Part shown: one piece after another, positions 31,155 to 41,051 of the stretch
Layout of the letters: every line of letters starts with the position of its first letter
Position numbering within the stretch: the first letter of the stretch is position 1
Assembly (NCBI GenBank): GCA_963662275.1
Contig: OY759316.1
Span: 3,680,001-3,744,000 of the forward strand
Source: Candidatus Cloacimonadales bacterium
Lineage (GTDB): Bacteria; Cloacimonadota; Cloacimonadia; Cloacimonadales; DAONDQ01
DNA: 64,000 nt
Reading direction: 5' to 3'
Notes under the pieces: model-generated
What the model saw: only the letters and a program-made list of their open reading frames with translations
What the model was told of the DNA's origin: nothing
Database searches by the model: none
Translations under genes and position numbers: made by a program

Positions 31155-33992
31155 GTGAAAAAAAATGAACTATCCGAGAGCTTGGATTTCATCTCTCTCG
31201 ATATTGAAACGACCGGTTTAGAAAAGGAACATTGTGAAGTTATCGAAATCGGTGCCGTAAAATATGAAAAGGGTGTAGAAACAGGCAGATTATCCACATT
31301 TCTGAAAACAACGAAACCTTTACCGGATTTTATTAAACAATTAACGCATATCACAGACGAGCAGACTGAAAAAGGGATGTTTCCCAAAGACGCTTTCGTT
31401 GAGCTTCAGCGTTTTGTGGGTTCTCAAGTCCTGCTTTGTCATAATGCAGAGTTTGACCTGCCATTCCTGGCTTATCACTTTGAGAAATATGATCTCTTTC
31501 CCATGTCAAACCTGTATTGGGATACACTTGAAATTGCCAGGATCTATCAGTCATTTCTTACCAATCATAAACTGAGTACAGTTGCAGCTTTCTTCCAACT
31601 GGAAAATGAGGAAGCACACCGAGCTATTAATGATGCAGAGATTACGGCAAAGATACTGATCCGGGAACTGCAATTCATAGAAGAATATATACCTGTTCCT
31701 GTTAATTACCAATTATCCCAGATTGCTCATTTAGCTATGATGCCAAGCGCACTGTCTTTCTTTCTCGATAAAGTCGTGGAATTTCAAAGAACAAATGCAC
31801 TTCTGAAGAAAAAGACCTCCCTCTGGAAAATAGATAATCAGCATTTGATCTCTCATACAGTATCTGATGCAAAGCCTTTGGAGATCAATGATATTTTTAA
31901 ACAGGACGGCTTTCTCGGAAAGCAGTTTCCTAATTATGAATTCCGTCCCGGACAGCTTGAAATGGCAGAAGCGGTAAAAGATAGTTTCCAGAAAGATGAA
32001 TATCTCCTCGTAGAAGCAGGAACTGGAATTGGGAAATCTTTTGCCTATCTTATTCCTGCTATCCAGGTTGCCATTGAAAAGAAGGAAAAAGTTGTTATTT
32101 CGACGAATACAAAGAATCTCCAGGAACAATTGATGGGAAAGGATTTGCCTTCTATCTGCCGGATACTGCCCCTGCCTTTCAAAGCATTACTCTTGAAAGG
32201 AAGAGATAATTATCTCTGTGAAAAGCGCTGGCAGGAGATTATGTTCGATTTTGGCAAGATTCTCAACAGGCAGGAATTGGAAGGTTTATTGTACCTGGTC
32301 ACTTGGCGTGAATTCAGCCAAACTGGAGATATTTCTGAAAATGGAGCGTTCGACCGTTCCAGGTATAGCACACTATGGAAAAAGCTGTTGGCAGACAGGT
32401 ATTTCTGCCCTGGGAAGAAATGTGCTTCCTATGGTCATTGTCATTTAATGGAATTGAGACAGGAACAGGAATCTGCGAACCTGCTGATTGTAAATCATTC
32501 CTTATTGCTGACGGATATCCTGAACGAAAATACGACCTTGGGTAAATATCGATATCTCATTGTTGATGAAGCTCACAATCTTCCCCAGATTGCTTCCAGA
32601 CATTTAGGGATTAATTTGAGCTATGGTGACTTTTCCAGTTTCTTTAGCCTCTTATCTCATTCAGGCAAGAATCAGCAAAGTGGTTTAATTCCTTCAATTC
32701 ACCAGGCTGCGGAAAAAAGTATGCTTCCGCCCAATAAAATTACTTTAGTGATCAAGCTATGCGAACTTATCACGAATCGTCTTTCTGAAGGCAGGGATAT
32801 GATGCTGGAACTCTTCCAGTATGCCACCGCCATTGTGAAAGACCAGGGTACATATGGTAAGCATCGTATCAAGAAAATGGATGATTATCCGCATTTGACC
32901 GACCTGTTTACAAAAGCTTTAGAGTATTGGAATGAGCTGGATAAGGAAGTCGCTCATTTACACTTACAGATGTCGGAATTCAATGTCAATCAATTCCCTG
33001 ACTATGATTCCCACCTGGCTAACCTGGAAGGAATCAGAAACCGGCTAACCGAATTTGAAAATGAACTGCAAAAGCTCATTGAGCCGGATATGGTCAATTT
33101 CGCCTATTGGCTGGAAAACACAGGTTTTACAGAATCTGCTTATCCTACTGCCAGTTTCAATTATGCACCCTTGGAAGTGAATGAATTGTTGGCAAAATCG
33201 TTGTATTCAGTTGTGGATTCTATTGTCTTTACTTCAGCCACCATCGCCATAAGAGGTGTTTTCAAGTACTTTGTCCAGCAGATGGGCTTAAATCTCATGG
33301 AAACCAAAATTGTCAGGGAACGCGTTGTTCTATCTCCCTTTGTATTCGAAAGGCAATCTGCTTTACTGATAGCCGGTTTTTTACCAGAACCAAATGATCA
33401 TTTCTTTCCTGCGCAAAGCATTTCGGTTCTAAGAGATGTACTGGAAGCCTCTAATGTTGGAAGCATGGTTCTTTTCACATCCTACAAGGATTTGAATTTT
33501 GTATATGATTCCCTGGAAAAAGAACTGTTCGAGAAAGATATTCCCTTACTCGCCCAAGGCAAAGGTGCCAGTCGTTCTGCCATATTGAATCAATTCAGGG
33601 ATCATGGCAAAGGAGTATTACTAGGCACGAGTTCTTTCTGGGAAGGCATTGACGTACAAGGTGAATCACTTTCCTTACTGATTATTTATAAACTGCCCTT
33701 CCAGGTTCCTTCCGAACCGATCGTGGAAGCCTATATCGAGAAGATTGAGAAAGATGGAAAGAACTCTTTCATGAACTACATCCTTCCCAATGCACTGCTG
33801 AAACTCAGACAGGGCTTTGGTCGCCTGATTCGAAGTAAGACGGATAGAGGTATTGTACTCATCATGGATAACAGGGTTGTAACAAAACAGTATGGCAAGT
33901 ATTTTAAGGAAGTATTGCCGACTAAATGTCATGAGATGAAGAATATCCTGGAACTTGAAAACGCAGTTGCCAAGTTCTTCCGTAAAATGTAA
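31155..33992 (+). CDS. dinG: DinG-family helicase with N-terminal DEDDh 3'-5' exonuclease
   Basis: DIETTG, HNAEFD, HRAINDA; EAGTGIGKS, DEAH, TSAT, FWEGID, QGFGRLIR. Confidence 0.9.
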   Translation: MKKNELSESLDFISLDIETTGLEKEHCEVIEIGAVKYEKGVETGRLSTFLKTTKPLPDFIKQLTHITDEQTEKGMFPKDAFVELQRFVGSQVLLCHNAEFDLPFLAYHFEKYDLFPMSNLYWDTLEIARIYQSFLTNHKLSTVAAFFQLENEEAHRAINDAEITAKILIRELQFIEEYIPVPVNYQLSQIAHLAMMPSALSFFLDKVVEFQRTNALLKKKTSLWKIDNQHLISHTVSDAKPLEINDIFKQDGFLGKQFPNYEFRPGQLEMAEAVKDSFQKDEYLLVEAGTGIGKSFAYLIPAIQVAIEKKEKVVISTNTKNLQEQLMGKDLPSICRILPLPFKALLLKGRDNYLCEKRWQEIMFDFGKILNRQELEGLLYLVTWREFSQTGDISENGAFDRSRYSTLWKKLLADRYFCPGKKCASYGHCHLMELRQEQESANLLIVNHSLLLTDILNENTTLGKYRYLIVDEAHNLPQIASRHLGINLSYGDFSSFFSLLSHSGKNQQSGLIPSIHQAAEKSMLPPNKITLVIKLCELITNRLSEGRDMMLELFQYATAIVKDQGTYGKHRIKKMDDYPHLTDLFTKALEYWNELDKEVAHLHLQMSEFNVNQFPDYDSHLANLEGIRNRLTEFENELQKLIEPDMVNFAYWLENTGFTESAYPTASFNYAPLEVNELLAKSLYSVVDSIVFTSATIAIRGVFKYFVQQMGLNLMETKIVRERVVLSPFVFERQSALLIAGFLPEPNDHFFPAQSISVLRDVLEASNVGSMVLFTSYKDLNFVYDSLEKELFEKDIPLLAQGKGASRSAILNQFRDHGKGVLLGTSSFWEGIDVQGESLSLLIIYKLPFQVPSEPIVEAYIEKIEKDGKNSFMNYILPNALLKLRQGFGRLIRSKTDRGIVLIMDNRVVTKQYGKYFKEVLPTKCHEMKNILELENAVAKFFRKM

Positions 33993-33996
33993 TATC

Positions 33997-34118
33997 GTAG
34001 CTCCGGGTTTAGCCGGTTGTTCTGTGGTAGCTCCGCCTTTAGACGGTTGGTAGCTCCGGGTTTAGCCGGTTGGTAGCTCCGGGTTTACGCGGTTGTAGAG
34101 CAGGACTCCGATCCTGCT
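33997..34118 (+). repeat. Tandem REP cluster: four GTAGCTCCG..TTTA..CGG units plus one GTAGAGCAGGA..TCCTGCT
   Basis: Units start at 33997, 34027, 34050, 34073 and 34095, just after the dinG stop. Confidence 0.75.
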
Positions 34119-34149
34119 GAAAAAATATTTATAATATACGAGGTTTCCC

Positions 34150-35052
34150 ATGAATATAATCGACGATTTACGCAATATAATAAATCAAGACCGCATCTTA
34201 ATCGATGAACCCATGAAAAACCACACCTATTTTCAGATTGGTGGAAAAGCTGACTATTTGGTAATACCAGGTTCTATCCCTGAACTCTCAAGCTTGTTGA
34301 AATATGCTTATCAACACAATATCCCATCGATGGTCATGGGCAATGGCAGCAATATGCTCGTTCGAGATGGCGGTATTCGAGGAATTGTCATCAATACGAC
34401 AGGGCTTCAATCATATGAAGTGAAACAGAATGTGATAATTGCTGAATGCGGAATAACCTTGGAAGACCTGGCTAATATTGCGATGACACACGAACTAACC
34501 GGACTGGAATTCGCTTCCGGTATTCCCGGCACACTTGGTGGAGCTGTCGTAATGAATGCTGGTGCCTATGGTGGAGAAATGCAGGATATCGTCTGTAAAA
34601 GCCAATACCTCGACAGTAACAATAACCTGCAGCATCTTACTTTCGAAGAGCATCTCTTTGGTTATCGCAGCAGTTTTTACCAGGGAATGATAGCTACTGT
34701 TACTTCTGTTACTTTAAATTTACATAAAGGTGACTTATCTCAGATTAAGGAGCGTATGGAAGATCTGCATAACCAGAGATGGGAAAAGCAGCCTATGGAT
34801 CAGCCCAGTGGTGGCAGTGTGTTCAAAAGACCGAGTGGAAATTATGTTGGTAAACTCATTGATGATTGCGGTTTGCGTGGTACACGCATCGGAGACGCGA
34901 TGATTTCAGATAAACACTGCGGATTCATTGTCAATGTAGGAAATGCAAAAGCAAAAGATGTATTAGATTTGATCAAACTTACCCAGGAAACAGTCTTCGA
35001 ACGCTTCGATGTAAGACTGGAACCGGAATTGCGTATAGTTGGAGAAGATTGA
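34150..35052 (+). CDS. murB: UDP-N-acetylenolpyruvoylglucosamine reductase
   Basis: HTYFQIGG, GNGSN, GIPGTLGGAVVMNAGAYG, YRSS, SGGSVFKRP, LEPE. Confidence 0.95.
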   Translation: MNIIDDLRNIINQDRILIDEPMKNHTYFQIGGKADYLVIPGSIPELSSLLKYAYQHNIPSMVMGNGSNMLVRDGGIRGIVINTTGLQSYEVKQNVIIAECGITLEDLANIAMTHELTGLEFASGIPGTLGGAVVMNAGAYGGEMQDIVCKSQYLDSNNNLQHLTFEEHLFGYRSSFYQGMIATVTSVTLNLHKGDLSQIKERMEDLHNQRWEKQPMDQPSGGSVFKRPSGNYVGKLIDDCGLRGTRIGDAMISDKHCGFIVNVGNAKAKDVLDLIKLTQETVFERFDVRLEPELRIVGED

Positions 35053-35173
35053 ATGCTCCTAAAACGATACAGTACAGTTGAATCCTAAAATCAAGCAAAG
35101 GGTCAGGATTTTATTGACAACAGAATTCTCATTTTCATACAAGAGTTGTCTATATCAAATATTGAGGTTGATT

Positions 35174-37258
35174 ATGAATCGTATGTTACCCATTCTGATT
35201 TTATTGCTTTCAATGGTTAGTTGTCTTTTTTGTTATGGTGATTTATATGCAATTGCATCACCCAGAGTGTGTAATTCATCTAATTCTTCCTGGAATTTTA
35301 CTTCAACAGGTTATTTAGATGATAACTCAGATATCATGTGCAACGAATTCACAAATTTGCTCTTTCCGAAGAAATGGTACAATCAGAACTGGTTGTATAG
35401 AACGCAGTTTCTAATAGATAATACACAAAATAGAAATACCTTGCTGAATACTCAATTCAAGATTCTACTCTCACAAGATAATTTTTCATATCTGCATGCA
35501 TTGCCAAATGGTGCTGATATCAGATTCACGGATTCAGGAGGAAGAAAATTACTGAATTACTGGATCGAAAGATGGGATACTACTTCAACTAGCCAGATAT
35601 GGGTTAATATACCCGAGGTTACTTCCGGTTCAACTACGACTATATTTATGTATTATGGAAATCCTCACGCCTTGGATCAGAGTAATGGACTAGCAGTTTT
35701 CGAAAATCATGGATTCGATGATTTTGAATCTTATTTTACAGGTTCAATTGTCGGTCAGGTTCCAAAACCCTCTGCCCCATGGAATTGCTATGATGGCAAT
35801 CCGGTACTATCGTCAGGATTTCGCATGAATACTATGTATGGTTTTAGTTCTGTCGTGAAAGATAGTTGTACTTTCCATATGTATTTTACGAAAAAGCCTT
35901 CCATCGGTCACGCCACTTCAACAGATGGATTAAACTGGACTGTAGATCGGGTTCACGGTGAAATTTTAGCGAATGCACTTGTACCTATGGTGTGGAAAGA
36001 AAATAGCAATTGGTATATGTTATACAGACACAGGATTGACTCAACTCATCACAACGGGATAGGATTAGCCACATCCTCAGATGGCATTTCCTGGGTAAAA
36101 TATCAATACAACCCAATTTTAATGGAAAAGGATACATCTTCTTGGCATGGTGGAATCGAGCCATGGGGTATCATCAAAGTTGCGAATACTTATTATTTGT
36201 TTTATAGTGATTGGAATAGTGGATTTGAACAGAGGAAAATAGGTATTGCCAAATCAACAGATCTATATCATTGGATAAAAGATATACATAATCCTATATT
36301 TACAGATGGTCGATTCTGCTGCTTCCCCTTTAAATATGGTGCATATTATTATTTGATCATCCCTCATTATTCATCCCTGAATGACTATTCTGTCCTAGAA
36401 CTTTATCGAGATAAAAACCCCACATTTTATCCGGAAGAAAGAGAATTTGTCAGGAACGTCGTTACTCCTAGTACGGAAGGAACATGGAATTACCAGGACC
36501 AGGATACTCCCTTCGTATTAACAGACGATATTCATAGGGATTCATTTCATCTTACCAATAATGAATTATGGATGTATTTTGCCGGTGCTCCAACCAATAC
36601 CCCTGCAACATGGTTCACAGGTCTGACAATCGAACCGGATATCAAGACAGCTCTGATCCCTCAAAAAGAGAAACCTCTTTGGGTTAGTAAGATCGAGAAT
36701 CATATTATTGTTGATAAACCCACCAAAAACAACAGTGGGAAAGCCTTATTTGTGCACTCTTCCCAAGGTTTTTCTTTGTTAAATGATCTCGATGCAACTC
36801 ATAAGGATGTGATTCAGCTCTGGATGAGAGCAGATAACAATCAGATCAATCAGTTTACTTTAGATATTTTAGATGCACAGGATAATCTTGAAGGCAGTAT
36901 TGGGTTTGGTCGCAGCAATTTTATTTATCATGATACGTTCAAAAGTAGATTTATCCAAACCCATATTCCCTATGCGCAAAACTCTTGGTATTTAATAGCA
37001 TTTGAACTGAATGGCAGTACATATAATGTCGTAGTATATAATGAAAATAACCAGGTAGTTTTCAGACAGGATGGACTTGAACTAGTTGCACCTGTTCATA
37101 AAATCACGATCTCTTCTGATGCTGTGGACAGGAATTCATTTGTCGGTTATGTGGATAATTTCCAGGTATTTCAGGATCAGGGAAAAATTTATCAAAGTAT
37201 TGAACAGCCTGATACTGAGGAATTGGTTTATACTCTTGATGATCATAATTTCAATTAG
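35174..37258 (+). CDS. Secreted DUF2341-domain protein with a glycosidase-like five-bladed propeller
   Basis: Signal peptide; DIRFTD...LNYWIERW...IWVNIP...MYYGN; IGHATSTDGLNW / IGLATSSDGISW repeats. Confidence 0.7.
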   Translation: MNRMLPILILLLSMVSCLFCYGDLYAIASPRVCNSSNSSWNFTSTGYLDDNSDIMCNEFTNLLFPKKWYNQNWLYRTQFLIDNTQNRNTLLNTQFKILLSQDNFSYLHALPNGADIRFTDSGGRKLLNYWIERWDTTSTSQIWVNIPEVTSGSTTTIFMYYGNPHALDQSNGLAVFENHGFDDFESYFTGSIVGQVPKPSAPWNCYDGNPVLSSGFRMNTMYGFSSVVKDSCTFHMYFTKKPSIGHATSTDGLNWTVDRVHGEILANALVPMVWKENSNWYMLYRHRIDSTHHNGIGLATSSDGISWVKYQYNPILMEKDTSSWHGGIEPWGIIKVANTYYLFYSDWNSGFEQRKIGIAKSTDLYHWIKDIHNPIFTDGRFCCFPFKYGAYYYLIIPHYSSLNDYSVLELYRDKNPTFYPEEREFVRNVVTPSTEGTWNYQDQDTPFVLTDDIHRDSFHLTNNELWMYFAGAPTNTPATWFTGLTIEPDIKTALIPQKEKPLWVSKIENHIIVDKPTKNNSGKALFVHSSQGFSLLNDLDATHKDVIQLWMRADNNQINQFTLDILDAQDNLEGSIGFGRSNFIYHDTFKSRFIQTHIPYAQNSWYLIAFELNGSTYNVVVYNENNQVVFRQDGLELVAPVHKITISSDAVDRNSFVGYVDNFQVFQDQGKIYQSIEQPDTEELVYTLDDHNFN

Positions 37259-37422
37259 TGTCTCGTGATACATCATTTGACGGTAGAGTCTCTTCAGTTT
37301 CTCTGAGAAATGCATTAACATTACCATTAAAATATAAGAATTATGTTGACGTAATAGATATTGAAATAATTTTCCTAAAACTGGAAATGATAAATCAGCA
37401 TTTGATAAGGCAAGGGAGATCA

Positions 37423-38184
37423 ATGGACTACGATACTAGGTATATGAACAAACAACTTTGGGAAGAAAATTTGGATACATCATCATTAAAAAACAAAGTT
37501 CCGCTGATTTTTTCCTGGATTCCTCCCGATGTGACAACAATACTTGATATTGGCTGTGGCAATGGCATCCTGACAAATGCACTTGCACAAAATTACGATG
37601 TAACCGGCGTTGATTTTTCCCTGGAAGCTCTTCAATATGTAACCGGAAAGAAAATTCACTCCTCAGCAGCTCAAATACCGGTTGATGAGAAATCGTATGA
37701 TATGGTTTTCTCAAGCGAAATGTTGGAGCATTTATCGGACGATAACCTAAATAAGGCTATCAGTGAAATTAAGAGAATTGCAAAAAAATATATATTTATA
37801 ACAGTTCCTAATAATGAATTTCTTGAGAGTTTGTTTGTTAAGTGCAATAAATGTCACTTTACGTTCCATAAATATGGTCATCTCCAATCTTTCGATGTTA
37901 ATCGGCTGAACTCAATTGTGGGCGTAAAATTCCGCTTGCTGAAATCAGGTTTGTATGGTTCAGAACGCAAGACATTTAATCCATTTTTACTCAATATCAG
38001 AACCAAAATCGCAAATGTTTGGAGTACTGCTGATAAATTTACCTACTGTCCGAATTGTGGAAATAATGATTTTGGGAAAAAGAGAAAAACAATTCTTTCA
38101 AGATGCTGCCATGAAATAAACCAGGTCATTTCCAAAAAAAGTCCATATTGGCTTTTCGTTCTCTACGAACGAATAGAAGAATAG
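37423..38184 (+). CDS. Class I SAM-dependent methyltransferase with CxxC pairs
   Basis: ILDIGCGNG, GVDFS, SEMLEHL, ITVPN; CNKC and CPNC; RBS GGGAG. Confidence 0.85.
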   Translation: MDYDTRYMNKQLWEENLDTSSLKNKVPLIFSWIPPDVTTILDIGCGNGILTNALAQNYDVTGVDFSLEALQYVTGKKIHSSAAQIPVDEKSYDMVFSSEMLEHLSDDNLNKAISEIKRIAKKYIFITVPNNEFLESLFVKCNKCHFTFHKYGHLQSFDVNRLNSIVGVKFRLLKSGLYGSERKTFNPFLLNIRTKIANVWSTADKFTYCPNCGNNDFGKKRKTILSRCCHEINQVISKKSPYWLFVLYERIEE

Positions 38185-38928
38185 AATATGTATCATCACG
38201 TTACTTCTTGTAATTATCGTCACTTTATTTACTGAGACAAACCAGACTGATATAGCTTTTTGATAACTAATAACCAATTTTCATTAATCTGTTCATCGCC
38301 TATGCTTGGGCATCAAGAATTCAACGATTATTTAGAAGCAACAACTTTAGTCGTTGGATGAAATGCCGTAGTTCGCGACCTCCGGGCGTGATATAAGGCT
38401 GCCGGGACGTCAGCCCCTACTGTTAGATTATTCCCATTGAAATGGGTTTGGTTTGATGAATCAAACCGGTACAACGAATAAATTCGTTGCTACTGCTCTT
38501 CAGAACTTCTGACTTCGAACCTCGCACTTCGCACTTTCTTTTTGAGGTAGGTTTCATCTAGGGATCATCTAGGCATTATCTAGGGATCATCTAGACTTTC
38601 TTAGATTTTCTTAGGAAGATGCTTTATTCATGTCATTTTTCATCTTTTCTGGTATTACCCGTGGAACCTTTATGGCTCATGAACCGCTCCTAAGTTAGAT
38701 AGTAACCAGGTACTAGTCAGATCCTAACCAGCTCCTAACCAGCTCCTAAAGTATTTTAGTTTTTGGTTAGTTCCTTATTACATTGTTTTTACGTCCAATT
38801 GAATAGGTGGTATAGGAAGAATTTGTGTGCGATTGGTAAAGGCGAAGTGTGAAAGTAAACGTATATATCTTATTAAGCAGTTAATGGAAGGATTGTCTAA
38901 TCTTTGGATCTACCCAAGAGAGGAATTC

Positions 38929-39054
38929 AGCAGGATCTGAATCCTACTCCTTGACCGCGTAAATGCGGAGCTACGGAATAGCAGGATCGGAATCCTATTC
39001 CTTGACCGCGTAAATGCGGAGCCACGGAATAGCTGGATATTAATCCTGCTCCAC
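38929..39054 (-). repeat. BIME-like mosaic with a 51-bp period alternating two REP types
   Basis: Units at 38929, 38980 and 39031. The reverse strand reads GTAGCTCCGCATTTACGCGG and ..AGGATT..GATCCTGCT, the same types as 33997-34118. Confidence 0.7.
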
Positions 39055-39055
39055 T

Positions 39056-39712
39056 TCAAATAAACGAATCTGTTAGGAATGAATCAATTTGTTCGCGTAT
39101 TTCCTCGACAGAAAACAAGTAGCCTTCCTGCTTCAGGGAAGTTACAAAAGCATCGTGTGTGCGTCCCTGGCGATATCCAGGTTCTTGCTGGGGAGGGTAC
39201 AAATAGCGTGCAATCTCACTAGGTTCCTCAGATACATTCAATACAGCATGATAAAATAACATATCAGGATTGCGATATATTGCAGAACCAAGTATCTTTT
39301 TCTCTCCAATTGCCAAGTCCGATAGTCCTTTGTAATTGATATTTTCAATTCCCAGGCTTTCTAAGGCATTTTGTATTCTAGAACCCATGATATGGAAGAT
39401 TTTTCTAGATTGCAGATCATTGATATTAGTAAACAAAATAGAAATAACGACCATGTTGGGAGTCAGCAGGACAGACTCTCCACCTGTCGGTCTCCTGACG
39501 ATTCGTACACCATCAGCATCAGCTTTATCAACGAAGATAGCTGAATTCAAGTCATTGCTTTGTCCAAGCACCAGCACTTTTTCTTGGGGAATCCAGATCA
39601 ATTTACGTAAACCAAAATCCGAGAAATCAGTTAAAAGCCAGGCATCAGTCAGATCGTATTCTTTTATTCTTTCTGGACTTATTGGCTTAGAAAGTTTTGT
39701 CTTACTCGTCAT
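39056..39712 (-). CDS. lplA: Lipoate-protein ligase A family
   Basis: VRRPTGG, SDLAIGEKKILGSA, FYHA; ends the dehydrogenase operon. Confidence 0.8.
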   Translation of the reverse strand: MTSKTKLSKPISPERIKEYDLTDAWLLTDFSDFGLRKLIWIPQEKVLVLGQSNDLNSAIFVDKADADGVRIVRRPTGGESVLLTPNMVVISILFTNINDLQSRKIFHIMGSRIQNALESLGIENINYKGLSDLAIGEKKILGSAIYRNPDMLFYHAVLNVSEEPSEIARYLYPPQQEPGYRQGRTHDAFVTSLKQEGYLFSVEEIREQIDSFLTDSFI

Positions 39713-41043
39713 TACACATCCAGTGATGCCTCGCCAGCATCCATAAATACTTCAGATACGGTTGGATGGGCATGAATTGTCTGTGCTATATCATAAACGG
39801 TTCCTTCCATTGCCATTAATATGGAAGCCTCAGAGATCATATCCGTGGCATTCGGGGCAACGATCTGCACACCGAGTACTTCTCCATATTTAGGTTCTGA
39901 AAGGATACGAACAAATCCTTCGGTATTCCCTTCCGTCTGTGCTTTTCCATTGGCAAGCAGGAAGTAGATACCAACTTTGTATTCCAACCCTTTCTCCTTC
40001 AATTGCTGTTCAGTCAGACCAATTTGAGCAATCTCAGGGTCAGAATAGATATTCATCGGTGCCTTCGTCAAGTCAAAATCCTTATGTATCCCCTTGATAT
40101 TATTCACTACCTGGATTCCCTGGGCTGAAGCAGTATGTGCTAAAAAACTCTTACCTGTAACATCACCAGCTACGTAGATGGAAGGTATGGATGTCTGCAT
40201 GTTTTCATTCGAATGGATAAAGTTGTTTTGATCCATATCCAGTTTGATCTTCATCTCCGGTAAGATTGCCTTTCGATAACTGCAATTCAGGATCATGTCA
40301 AAAGGAATGACTTGTTCTCCCAACTGTAAGGCTGATTCAGGTGTGATTAACAGTTTATCAGTCACAAAAATGGGTATTTTATCCTGTTTGAAGAGTTTTG
40401 TGAGGAAATCTGAGACATAATGATCCACACCCGGCAGCAAATCCGCTGAAGGACTTACCAGTGTGACCTTCTTACCGATCAGATTAAGTAGTTGGGCGTA
40501 TTCCACAGCGACAGAACCATGTCCCCAGATAACGATATTTTCAGGCAGGTCATGCCATTGAAACAGGTTTTCCATTTCCATGACCTTATCCGGAGGAATT
40601 CCTTCTATCGATGTGGGTTTTGAACCGGTGCAAATGAGTATATTTTCCGTCTCATAGACCTGGTTATTGGCTTCTATGTGATGTTCATCAATGATGGTTG
40701 CTTCCGCCTGGAGGAATTCCACACCATTCTTTTTCCAGAGGAATTCAATTCCCCTAACCAGTTTCTTTACTACACTATCAGCACGTTTCAACGCTACAGC
40801 CCAATTGAATACGATGTTTCCAGGAATAATGCCATCAACACCAAAGGAAGAAGCTTCCTTCGTCTTTTTGAGCATCTTTGCGCTTTCCAGCATCGCTTTC
40901 GTGGGAATACATCCCCAATTGAGACACATTCCGCCTATATAGTTTTTATCGATGATCATGACTTCCATGCCTACCTGACCTGCCCTGATGGCAGCGACGT
41001 ATCCGGCTGGACCGGTACCGATAATGATTAAATCGTATTTCAT
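39712..41043 (-). CDS. lpdA: Dihydrolipoamide dehydrogenase (E3)
   Basis: GTGPAG, GGMCLNWGCIPTK, HAHPTVSE. Confidence 0.92.
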   Translation of the reverse strand: MKYDLIIIGTGPAGYVAAIRAGQVGMEVMIIDKNYIGGMCLNWGCIPTKAMLESAKMLKKTKEASSFGVDGIIPGNIVFNWAVALKRADSVVKKLVRGIEFLWKKNGVEFLQAEATIIDEHHIEANNQVYETENILICTGSKPTSIEGIPPDKVMEMENLFQWHDLPENIVIWGHGSVAVEYAQLLNLIGKKVTLVSPSADLLPGVDHYVSDFLTKLFKQDKIPIFVTDKLLITPESALQLGEQVIPFDMILNCSYRKAILPEMKIKLDMDQNNFIHSNENMQTSIPSIYVAGDVTGKSFLAHTASAQGIQVVNNIKGIHKDFDLTKAPMNIYSDPEIAQIGLTEQQLKEKGLEYKVGIYFLLANGKAQTEGNTEGFVRILSEPKYGEVLGVQIVAPNATDMISEASILMAMEGTVYDIAQTIHAHPTVSEVFMDAGEASLDV

Positions 41044-41051
41044 GAATTCTC

